Source: Octopus sinensis (taxonomy: Eukaryota). Taken from it: 64,000 nucleotides of DNA. The first letter of the stretch is position 1. The number at the start of each line of letters is the position of its first letter. The translations under genes were made by a program, and so were the position numbers. The stretch covers positions 6,882,001 through 6,946,000 of the forward strand of contig NC_043023.1 of assembly GCF_006345805.1 (NCBI RefSeq), read 5' to 3'. This document shows positions 37,422 to 48,254 of the stretch, one piece after another. The notes beneath the pieces were generated by a model. That model was not told the origin of the DNA and did no database searches. It worked only from the letters and a program-made list of their open reading frames with translations.

Positions 37422-37670
37422 AGCTGCGATAAATCTCTCATCTTTAAGCCATTTCTTAGTCAACTGAAGCCATAACGTGTGCAATTTTTTAACCCAATTC
37501 TTTCAACTTCATTTGTTGTCTGAAAAGAAAAAGTTTTTGGATTTGTGAATTTATTTTGCTTGTTTACGATGCCGCGAAATGTGGTTAAACCCGAAACCAA
37601 GTAATCCAAAGCGAATTAGACTGACCTGGATACCAACTTGCAAGAAAATAAAATAAAATAAAAGGTTATC

Positions 37671-37789
37671 TGTCAGAAGTGGGATTCGAACCCACGCCCA
37701 CATTCGTGGACCAGAATACTCAAAGTTCCGGTTAAGGTGCATTACATGTACCTTGAGTCTGGCGCCTTAGACCACTCGGCCATCCTGAC
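37671..37789 (-). tRNA. tRNA-Leu(CAA), intron, U16 (B-type)
   Basis: Exons intact. Confidence 0.93.
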
Positions 37790-38345
37790 AGCTTCGGTAA
37801 GGAGATCATCTTTAAGCCATGTCTTAGTCGACTATAGTCAGAACGTGTACATTTTTTTAAAACCCTATTCTTTCGACTTATTTGATTGGGGCTCAAGAAA
37901 TATTGTTTGGATTTGAGAATTTCTTTTGGGTTTTTCTAAAAATTAATATTTGGCATACCTACACAAATGTGCTCCGTGCTGGGCCACTGAATTTAAGAAT
38001 TTCCGGTCGGATAATTCGAACCTAGTACTTGTATTTTTAAAATAAGTTCTGGGAAACTTGTTCCATCGGGCGTCCTTTGCCGAACTGTTATCTTACAGGA
38101 GATGTAAACACACCACCACCGGTTGCGAAGTGATGACGGTACACACACATATACGACGGGCTTCCTCACAGCTTCTGTTGACTAACTCTGCTCGCAGCAA
38201 TCCTTACGGGATTATAGAAGAGTACACGGGCTTAAGGCTCCGTAAAGTACAACTGAAACCGAGACCACGTGCTTACAAATCACATTCCTAACTCCTCAAC
38301 CGTCCTAGAACACTACGCAAAAAAAAAGAAGAAAAAAAAGCAATC

Positions 38346-38464
38346 TGTCAGAAGTGGGATTCGAACCCACGCCCACATTCGTGGACCAGAATACCCAATG
38401 TTCTGGTTAAGGTGCATTATATGTACCTTGAGTCTGGCGCCTTAGACCGCTCGGCCATCCTGAC
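38346..38464 (-). tRNA. tRNA-Leu(CAA), intron, C16 (A-type); upstream box partly deleted
   Basis: Exons intact; intron ttgag changed to ttggg; ~16-nt deletion in the 5' flank. Confidence 0.88.
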
Positions 38465-38690
38465 AACTGCGATAAATCATTTCTTAGTCAACTGTAGTCA
38501 TAACGTGCGCAATTTTTTAACCCAATTCTTTCGACTTCATTTGTTGTGTCTAAAAAAAAGAAATTTTTGGATTTGTTAATTTATTTTCCTTGTTTACGGT
38601 GCCGCGAAGTGTGGTTAAACCCGAAACCACATGGTCCAAAGCGAATTAGACTGACCTGGATACCAACTTGCAATAAAATAAAAGGTTATC

Positions 38691-38809
38691 TGTCAGAAGT
38701 GGGATTCGAACCCACGCCCACATTCGTGGACCAGAATACTCAATGTTCCGGTTAAGGTGCATTACATGTACCTTGAGTCTGGCGCCTTAGACCACTCGGC
38801 CATCCTGAC
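38691..38809 (-). tRNA. tRNA-Leu(CAA), intron, U16 (B-type)
   Basis: Exons intact. Confidence 0.93.
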
Positions 38810-39186
38810 ACCTTCGGTAAAGAGATCATCTTTAAGCCATGTCTTAGTCGACTGTAGTCAGAACGTGTACGATTTTTTTTAACCCAATTCTTTCAACTTA
38901 TTTGATTGTGTCTAAAGAAATATTGTTTGGATTTGAGAATTTCTTTTGGGTTTTTTTTTTAATTAATATTTGGCATACCTACACAAATGTGCTCCATGCT
39001 GGGGTCCCGTGTTGAAGTATTTCCAGTCGAATAAATCGAACCCAGTACTTGTATTTTTAAAATATGTTCAGGGATACTTGTTCCATCGGGTGTCCTTTGC
39101 CGAACTGTTATCTTACAGGAGATGTAAACACACCACCACCGGTTGTGAAGCGATGACGGTACTCACACACACACACATACGACGGG

Positions 39187-39429
39187 GGTACTACATAAGA
39201 AGAGTGGTCCCGGTGCGCGCACTCGCGCATCCGCGCTAGCTAGCTAGTCGTGACTAGTCGATCCTACGACTGCCTGGCAAAGGAAATAAAACACAAAATA
39301 AATAATTTTTTTACACAAAGTAAATAAAACACAAAATCACAAAGTAAGGATCGACCAGTTACGACTAGTTAGCGCGGATGCTTGAGTACGCGAGTGCGCG
39401 CACCGGGACCACTCTTCTTAAATAGTACC
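39187..39429. mobile_element. Mutator-like MITE with 9-bp TSD
   Basis: TIR ggtacta..taagaagagtggtcccggtgcgcgcactcgcg; TSD tacgacggg (39178-39186) / tacgatggg (39430-39438); second copy at 54653-55264. Confidence 0.8.
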
Positions 39430-39615
39430 TACGATGGGCTTCCTGATGACTAACCCTTCTCACAACAGTCATTCCGGGATTATAGACAAGTACACTTGCT
39501 CAAGGTACCGTGAAGTACAACAGAATCCGCGACCACGTGGCTACAAAATATATTCCTAACTTCTCACTTAACAGTACTAAAACACTATGCAAAAAAAAAG
39601 AAGAAAAATACAATC

Positions 39616-39651
39616 TGTCAGAAGTGGGATTCGAACCCACACCCACATTCG
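39616..39651 (-). pseudogene. tRNA-Leu 3'-half module
   Basis: Same 36-nt fragment and linker. Confidence 0.85.
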
Positions 39652-39725
39652 TATTAACACACAACATACGTATTAACCGTATTAACACACAACATTGCAA
39701 AAAAAATAATAAGAAAAAAACAATC

Positions 39726-39844
39726 TGTCAGAAGTGGGATTCGAACCCACGCCCACATTCGTGGACCAGAATACTCAATGTTCCGGTTAAGGTACATTAC
39801 ATGTACCTTGAGTCTGGCGCCTTAGACCGCTCGGCCATCCTGAC
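39726..39844 (-). tRNA. tRNA-Leu(CAA), intron, C16
   Basis: Exons intact. Confidence 0.93.
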
Positions 39845-40066
39845 CCCTGCGAGGAAGTGGTCATCTTTAAACCATTTCTTAGTCAACTGTAGTCATAACG
39901 TGTGCAGTTTTTTAGTCTAAAAAAAAAGTTTTGGGGATTTGTAAATTTATTTTCCTTGTTTACGGAGCCGCGAAATGTGGTTAAACCTGAAACCACATGG
40001 TCCGAAGCGAATTAGACTGACCTGGATACCAACTTGTAAGAAAGTAAAATAAAATAAAAGGGTACT

Positions 40067-40185
40067 TGTCAGAAGTGGGATTCGAACTCACGACCACATT
40101 CGTGGACCAGAATACTCAATGTTCTGGTTAAGGTGCATTACATGTTCCTTGAGTCTGGCGCCTTAGACCGCTCGGACATCCTGAC
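40067..40185 (-). pseudogene. tRNA-Leu(CAA) with D-stem, T-stem and variable-arm substitutions
   Basis: G10U, G52A and a G-to-U change at the variable-arm base. Confidence 0.75.
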
Positions 40186-40427
40186 AACTGCGACAAACCA
40201 CTCATCTTTAAATCATTTTTTAGTCAACTGAAGCCATGAAGTGTACCATTTTTTAAAACCCATTTCTTTCGACTGTCTAAAAAAAAATTGTTTGGGGATT
40301 TGTGAATTTATTTTCCTTGTTTACGGTGCCGCGAAATGTGGTTAAACCCGAAACCACGTCGTCCAAAGCGAATTAGACTGACCTGGATACCAACTTGCTA
40401 TAAAATAAAATAAAATAAAAGGTTATT

Positions 40428-40546
40428 TGTCAGAAGTGGGATTCGAACCCACACCCACATTCGTGGACCAGAATACTCAATGTTCTGGTTAAGGTGCATT
40501 ACATGTACCTTGAGTCTGGCGCCTTAGACCGCTCGGCCATCCTGAC
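40428..40546 (-). tRNA. tRNA-Leu(CAA), intron, C48U variant
   Basis: A single exon substitution. Confidence 0.85.
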
Positions 40547-40659
40547 AACTGCGACGAACCTGTCATCTTTAAACCATTTCTTAGTCAAGTGTAGCCATAA
40601 CGTGTACGATTTTTTAAAACCCAATTCTTTCGCCTTATTTGATTGGGTCTCAAAAAATA

Positions 40660-40854
40660 CCTATTTCTTTACTATCCACTAGGGGCTAAACACAGAGGGG
40701 ACGAACAAGGACAGACATAGGTATTAAGTCGATTACATCGACTCCAGTGTGTAACTGGTACTTATTTAATCGACCCCGAAAGGATGAAAGGCAAAGTTGA
40801 CCTTTCATCCTTTCGGGGTCGATTAAATGGATGAAAGGTCGACTTTGCCTTTCA
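40660..40854 (-). mobile_element. S2 SINE with inverted 5' part and 12-bp TSD
   Basis: TSD tctcaaaaaata (40648-40659, 40855-40866); orientation switches at ~40801. Confidence 0.75.
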
Positions 40855-41277
40855 TCTCAAAAAATATCGTTTGCATTTGAGGATCTGGTTTGGTTTTTTA
40901 AAATTAATGTTTGGCATACCTACACAAATATGCTCCATGCTGAGCTGCCGTGTTCAAGAATAAATCGAAACTAGTACTTGTATTTATAAAATAAGTTCTT
41001 GGATACTTGTTCCATTGGGTGTCCTTTGCTGAACTGTTATCTTACGGGGGTTGTAAACACACCACCACCGGTTGCGAAGCGATGACGGTACACTAATACA
41101 CACACACACACACACATACAACGGACTTCCTGACGGTTTCTGCCGACCAAGTCTTCGTCTTCTCACAACAGTCATTCCGGGATTATAGAAGAGTAAACTT
41201 GCTCAAGGTACCGTGAAGTACAACGTGGTTTAGAACGAAATTCCTACACGCAAAAAAAAAAAAAAAAAAAGACCATC

Positions 41278-41396
41278 TGTCAGAAGTGGGATTCGAACCC
41301 ACGCCCACATTCGTGGACCAGAACACTCAATGTTCCGGTTAAGGTGCATTATATGTACCTTGAGTCTGGCGCCTTAGACCGCTCGGCCATCCTGAC
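41278..41396 (-). tRNA. tRNA-Leu(CAA), intron, C16
   Basis: Exons intact. Confidence 0.93.
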
Positions 41397-41914
41397 AGCT
41401 GCGATAATGTGTTCATCTTTAAACCATTTTTTAGTCAACTGTAGCCATAACGTGTGCAATTTTTTAAACCCAATTGTTTCGACTTATTTGATTGTGTCTA
41501 AAAAAATATTGTTTGGATTTGAGACTTTCTTTTGCTTTTTTAAAATTAATATTTGGCATACCTACACAAATGTGCTCCATGCTGGGGCACTGAATTGAAG
41601 AATTTCTGGTCGAATAGATCAACCTCAGGGCTTTGTTTTTTAGCCATGTAAATTCTCTTTCAGTATCTTTTACCAAATGGCTAGCTTATAGGAATGTAAA
41701 CACTCCAACAGCTGTTGTCAAACAGTGGTGCGAGACAAACACTGACACAACGACACACAGGCACACATATGATGGGTTTCTGTGTAGCAAATGCAACCAC
41801 GAGTCGGTCCGGTGTTACACAAAAAGACACTTGTTTAAGGTGCCGCGAAGTGTGGCTAAACCCGAGGTCACAAGGTCCAAAGCGCCTTGCAAAAAAAAAA
41901 AATTTAATGTTATC

Positions 41915-42015
41915 TGCCAGAAGTGGGATTGGAATCCACGTCCACGTTGGTGATCTACGGTTCTCAATGTGCTTGTAAACGTACCTGGCACCTTAGACCG
42001 CTCGGCCATCCTGAC
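41915..42015 (-). pseudogene. Decayed tRNA-Leu at the array edge
   Basis: Many substitutions; anticodon region deleted. Confidence 0.8.
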
Positions 42016-42129
42016 AACTGTAACAAATCGTTCATCTTTAAATCATTTCTTAATCAACTGAAGCAATGCCGTGTACAATTTTTTAACCCAATTCTTTCGA
42101 CTTCATTTGTTGTGATTAAAAGAAAAAGT

Positions 42130-42932
42130 GGATCTTTTCCTTTTGAACGGCACTTTTCAACACAATTTCTAGTTAACTAAACACTTTTAAACTTCGTATA
42201 CTGGTAGAATGTGTTTATAAAACATCATTTTCTCTTGGCTTTATTGAGAAAATTTTATAGTTTGTAAGATATTTCGTCTGAAATTTCGAGCATTTCGGCA
42301 ATTTTAACCAATCGCTGACCTCCATTTGGGGTGAAAACATTCTGTGCTGTATGAATATGTCCCTCGTTTAAGAAACAGATTGCATTTATTTACATTTGTG
42401 AAGAAAAAAAAGATACCCTTCCCCCACCGAACCCCTAACCCTAAATCTAAAATAGATTGAAATGCAATAGATCGATACTAGGGTTATAATTATGGGTGAC
42501 ATTTTCATTTGACACCGCTAGAAAAAAATCCCATTTTCCGTAGCGGTGTCGTATAAAATTGTCACCCATAATTATAACCCTAGTATCTATCTATTGCATT
42601 TCAATCTATTTTAGATTTGGGGTTAGGGTTAGGAGTGGGGGAAAGGTATCTTTTTTTCTTCACAAATGTAAATAAACCCAATCTGTTTCTTAAACCAGGG
42701 ACATATTCATACAGCACGGAATGTTTTCACCCCAAATGGAGGTCAGCGATTGGTTAAAATTGCCGAAATGCTTGAAATTAAAGTGGAAATATGTTACAAC
42801 ATATAGAATTTTCTCGATAAAGCCAAGAAAAAAATGATGTTTTATAAACACATTCTACCAGTATACGAAGTTTAAAGGTGTTTAGTTAACTAGAAATTGT
42901 GTTGAAAAGTGCCGTTCAAAAGGAAAAGATCC
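42130..42932. mobile_element. Complete foldback MITE (GGATCTTTTC family), ~390-bp inverted arms
   Basis: ggatcttttccttttgaacggcac ... gtgccgttcaaaaggaaaagatcc; symmetry centre ~42530. Confidence 0.85.
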
Positions 42933-42937
42933 CTTGA

Positions 42938-43611
42938 TTTATCGGCCCCGAAAGGATGAAAGGCAAAGTCGACCTCGGCGGAATTTGAACTCAGAACGTA
43001 ACGGCAGACGAAATACCTACTTCTTTACTACCCACAAGGGGCTAAACACAGAGGGGACAAGCAACAACAGACAAAGGGATTAAGTCGATTACATCGACCC
43101 CAGTGCGTAACTGGTACTTGATTTATCGACCCCGAAAGGATGAAAAGCAAAGTCGACCACGGCAGAATTTGAACTCAGAACGTGGCGGCACCCGAAATAC
43201 CTATTTCTTTACTACCCACAAGGGGCTGAACACAGAGGGGCCAAACAAGGATAGACAAACGGATTAAGTCGATTACATCGACTCTAGTGCGTAACTGGTA
43301 CTTATTTAATTGACCCCGAAAGGACGAAAGGCAAAGTCGACCTCGGCGGAATTTGAACTCAGAATGTAGCGGCAGCCGAAATACCTATTTCTTTACTACC
43401 CACAAGGGACACAGAGGGGACAAACAAGGACAGACAAAGGGATTAAGTCAATTACATCGACTCCAGTGCGTAACTGGTACTTAATTTATCGACCCCGAAA
43501 GGATGAAAGGCAAAGTCGACCTCGGCGGAATTTGAACTCAGAACGTAACGGCAGACGAAATACTGCTAATCATTTCGCCCGCCGTGCTAACGTCTCTGCC
43601 AGCTCGCCGCC
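42938..43611 (-). mobile_element. S2 SINE tandem multimer (one full, two 5'-truncated and one partial unit of ~180 bp)
   Basis: Junctions gaaataggtatttcg at ~43015, 43197 and 43382. Confidence 0.85.
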
Positions 43612-44094
43612 CAATAAACTTACATATATATACAAGCACACATACAGTTGTACACATGCACACGCAATTACACACACATACTAAGTTACAGACAACTACA
43701 CACACACGTCGACATAATTTGCAGACATACACACAGAGCAACAGATACACACACACACTCACAGCTTTATAGACACATAGTTACACACACACGCAACAGC
43801 TACGAATAAGAGCTAAGAAGCCATATATATACATATACACACACACATATATACAGTTATGACAACGAAGTGAAGCCTTCTACACGACAATGACTCGACC
43901 TGCTAAAACAAACAGCCGAATGCGGCAAGGAAAGAGGGACACATCGGATGTTATAGTCCTAGATACACTGTGTCTAAACAAAAATGAAAATATTAAAATA
44001 GCATAAAAAAGACGCGATAGTCACGGCTGGAATGACTTCGATTATGGGTCATTTTCCGCACAGATACAGGTAGACATAGTTACATAGAAACAGT

Positions 44095-44319
44095 GCACAC
44101 ACACACTCTCTCTCTCTCTCTCTCTCTTCTCTCCCTCTTTGTTTTTTTACTTTCTTTCTCTCTAAATGCTTTCTTCCTCTTCGTTTTCTTCACTTTTCTC
44201 CCTTTCTCCCTTCTTTCTGTCTGTCTGTATGTCTCTCTCCCCCTCTCTCTTCTCTCTTATCCTTTCGCTCTCCCTATATTTGTCTGTGTCTCATTTCTTT
44301 CTCTCTCTCCCTCTCTCTG

Positions 44320-44356
<37 letters not shown>

Positions 44357-45480
44357 GAATGTATGTACGTGTGCCTATGTGTCTGCTCGTCTCTCTCTCT
44401 CACACCTCTCTCTGCATTTCCTTCTCTTCCTCTCTTTATCCTCTCTCTCTCACACACGTTCTTTCTTTCTTTCTTTCTTTCTCTCTCTCTCTCTCTTACT
44501 CTGTATATGTTTGTACATGTGTGTATGTGTGTGTCGGCTCTCAATCCTCTCTGCCTTTCTCTCTTTCTCTTCCTCCCACCACATTCATACCCACTCAGTT
44601 TTTTTCTCTTTCTATTCCTCTGCTTTTCCCCTCTGTCTTCCTTTATCCTTTCTCTCTCTCACTCCTACCATCTTCATACCCTCTCTTATCCTTTCTTTCT
44701 CTCTCTCTCCCTCCATCTTCTCTCTTTCCCTCTGTCTTCTTCCATCCGTTCTCTCTCTTCCTCCTACCATCTTCATACCCTCTCTCATCCTTTTTTTTCT
44801 CTCTCTTTCCCTCTGTCTTCTTCCATCCGTTCTCTTTCTTCCTCCTACTATCTTCATACCCTCTCTTTTCCTTTCTTTCTCTCTCTCACTCTCTCTCCTT
44901 CCATCTTCTCTCTTTTCCCTCTCTCTTCTTCCATCCTTTCTCTCTTTCCCTCCAGCCATCTTCATACCTTCTCTCATCCTTTCTCTCTCTCTCCCTATAT
45001 CTGCTCTTTTCCCCTCTCTCTTCCTCTAACCTCACTCTACTTTTCTCTCTATCTCTCTATCTTCTCTTCTTTCCCCTCTCTCTACATCTAACATCACTCT
45101 ACCTCTCTCTCTCTACCTATCTTCTCTTTTTCCCTCTATCTTCTCTTCTTTTCCCTCTCTCTACATCTAACCTCACTCTACCTCTTTCTCTCTCTCTCTA
45201 TCTTCTCTCCTTTCCCCTCTTTCTACCTCTAACCTCACTCTACTTCTCTCTCTCCCTCTCTCTCTCTATCTCTATCTTCTCTTCTTTTCCCTCTCTCTAC
45301 ATCTAACCTCACTCTACCTCTTTCTCTCTCTCTCTCTCTCTCTTCTCTCCTTTCCCCTCTCTCTACCTCTAACCTCACTCTCTCTCACTCTACCTCTCTC
45401 TCACTCTTTCTCTCTCTCTCTGTATATGTGTATGCATATGTGTGTGTCTCTCTCTGTCTCTCTGTCTCTGTCTATGTCTG
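44095..45480. repeat. Polypyrimidine (TC)n-rich tract with ~90-bp and ~65-bp minisatellite units
   Basis: Almost purely C/T on the plus strand; repeated cctaccatcttcataccctctc and tctaacctcactctac units. Confidence 0.9.
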
Positions 45481-45528
45481 TATCTACGTGTGTGTGTGTG
45501 TGCGCCTGTTCGCAATCCGGCGATAAGT

Positions 45529-45631
45529 ATGGAACTGTACATAGAAACATTATCAGGAACCAGCTACGAACTGCGTGTATCACCGTTTGAACCCATCATC
45601 TCTGTCAAGGCCAAAATACAGAGACTGGGAG
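45529..45631 (+). CDS. ZFAND4: ZFAND4-like (AN1-type zinc finger with ubiquitin-like domain), first recognisable coding exon
   Basis: MELYIETLSGTSYELRVSPFEPIISVKAKIQRLG matches the UBL start of vertebrate ZFAND4 (MELFIETLTGTCFELRVSPFETVISVKAKI, recalled); donor G|GTAGGT, phase 1. Confidence 0.92.
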
Positions 45632-45827
45632 GTAGGTGTGGCCCCTGACCGCTTCCCTTTCCCCATTTACCTGTCCTTCTAGCCTCTTTGATCTCTTTAT
45701 TTCTTTCTTTCTCTGTTTGTTTACACGTTTCCTTGTTTGTTTGTTTGGGTTGGTTTGTTTTCTGGACGTTTGATCAACGCTTTTCGTGTGTTCCTTTCTA
45801 TCTGTCTATCCGTTTATATACACACAC

Positions 45828-45862
<35 letters not shown>

Positions 45863-46023
45863 TATAGTCAATATTTCATATATATATTTATATATATACA
45901 GGCTCATACATACATGTATGTATGTGTGTATTTATTTATGTGTGTATTGAGTATTTCCTGTGTATACAGTCCTGTTGGTGTACATAGCTAGACATATACG
46001 TTGTGTGTGTATATATATATATA

Positions 46024-46184
46024 CATGCCTTGGTTTATATAGATCGTGTACGTATATGGATGTGTGTGTGTATATGTTGATATATATATATATATATGTG
46101 TGTGTGTGTATGTATATATATACATGCCTTGGTTTATATAGATCGTGTATGTATATGGATGTGTGTGTGTGTATATGTTGATAT

Positions 46185-46241
<57 letters not shown>

Positions 46242-46407
46242 ATGTATATATATACATGCCTTGATTTATATAGATCGTGTACGTATATGGATGTGTGTGT
46301 GTGTATATGTTGATATATATATATATGTGTGTATGTATATATATACATGCCTTGGTTTATATAGATCGTGTATGTATATGGATGTGTGTGTGTGTGTGTA
46401 TATGTTG

Positions 46408-46439
<32 letters not shown>

Positions 46440-46440
46440 A
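46024..46440. repeat. Four-copy minisatellite with variable TA/TG tracts
   Basis: catgccttggtttatatagatcgtgta.gtatatggatg repeated at ~46024, 46123, 46255 and 46345. Confidence 0.85.
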
Positions 46441-46586
46441 TGTATGTATGGTCTATGTATATGGTCGTGTATGTATATATAGCAAAATATTTATATGCAT
46501 TGTGTATATGGATATACATGGTTTTGTTTATATAGACCGTCTGTATGTGTGAGTGTGTATGTATGTGTGTACGTATAGTGTTTATG

Positions 46587-46619
<33 letters not shown>

Positions 46620-47236
46620 CCATGCGTATGTAGTGTGTGTGTGTATTATATGTATGTATATGTGTGTGTATTGATTTACCTTGAGCCCTCAAAGCTTGGT
46701 GGAATCGCAGGGGTGTTGCATATTTGGGGTAGCTAGTCCACCTTTAGTTCCCATACACACACACACACATTTGTCTATATATGTGTGCCTCTATGAATAT
46801 ATGTGTGTATATGAGTATATTGTATTTGTATACATTGTGGTATATTTTTACATCACTTGCTATATAATGACTATGTACAAATGTATGTATGTAGCCCACC
46901 CTACAGACACACACTCACACACATATATATATGTATATATATACATATACGTACACAATTGCTGTGTTTATGTATATACAGTGGAAGCTGTGTGCGCATG
47001 TGTCTGTGATATTGACGTTATATTATAATACACGCCACAATGATCTGTCATATAATCTACACGTCTTATATACACAAGTCTATCTTGGCTTTAGTCATCC
47101 GAAATGCAATAGGACTTGTGGCCACTTCGGTCAAACACCTCTGTAACCAAGATCTTCTGGTTCGATTTCGTAGATAAGGGCAGGTTATAGAATTCGACGA
47201 GTGAGTACTGTACAGACGTATAATATGCGTGTGACC

Positions 47237-47880
47237 GCATACATACATACATACACACATACATATACACATACATGCATACTTACATACATACACATAC
47301 ATAAACACAGATACATACACACACATACATACACACACATACATACACACATACATACATGCATGCATGCATGCATACATACATACATACATGCATACAT
47401 ACATACATACATACATGCATACATGCATACATACATACATACATACATGCATACATGCACACATACACATACATACATGCATACATACATACACACATAC
47501 ATGCATACATACACACACATACATACACACATACATATACACATACATGCATACTTACATACATACACATACATAAACACAGATACATACACATACATAC
47601 ATACACACATACATACATACATACATACATGCATGCATGCATGCATACATACATACATGCATACATGCATACATGCACACACATACATACATGCATACAT
47701 ACATACACACATACATGCATACATGCACACACATACATACACACATACATACATGCATGCATGCATGCATGCATACATACATACATGCATACATGCATAC
47801 ATGCATACATGCATACATACATACACACATACATACACACATACATACCTGCATACATACATACATACATACATATACAC
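47237..47880. repeat. (ACAT)n/(GCAT)n microsatellite
   Basis: Source of the MYVC/HTYI ORFs; a second block lies at 48255-48553. Confidence 0.95.
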
Positions 47881-48254
47881 ATTAGGTTTATACCTGTAAT
47901 TATTGGGGCATTGGGATATGTAACACACTGCCTAAATACCAATCTTGAGAAATTAGACTTCTCAAAACTAGAAAGGAGAAAGCTAATTCAAAGACTACAG
48001 ATCCAATCCATCTCTGGAACTGTAAAAATCTGTAAAACTTTCCAGAAGTTTATCATTTAAATATGGGCTTGTCTAGATATGCAGCTATATGCATGAGAAA
48101 GCATACACATCTGCACATACATACATACTACACACACACACATACAAAAATACCCTGTTGTTGATGTTGAAATTCCAATGAAGGAGCCTTGGATCTAGGT
48201 TAGAAACTGGTTATTTCTCTATTGGCAAGAAATCTTGAAATAAACTGGATAATG
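47881..48254 (+). mobile_element. 3' end of an RLE-type (R4/NeSL/HERO-like) non-LTR retrotransposon
   Basis: RFIPVIIGALGYVTHCLNTNLEKL..LQIQSISGTVKICKTF* then a 3' UTR also seen at 53470-53684 plus 54582-54630. Confidence 0.7.

Larger units (their letters stand above)
31320..42015 (-). repeat. Tandem tRNA-Leu(CAA) gene array, ~1.05-kb two-gene unit
   Basis: Gene starts alternate ~345-375 bp and ~670-680 bp apart; spacers are homologous between units. Confidence 0.95.

Noticed and set aside
30334-42932. Composite foldback transposon carrying the tRNA array
   Set aside because: The outer flanks (atatatat versus cttgattt) show no TSD and the right element has its own pair of TIRs; the foldback family is common across the window.
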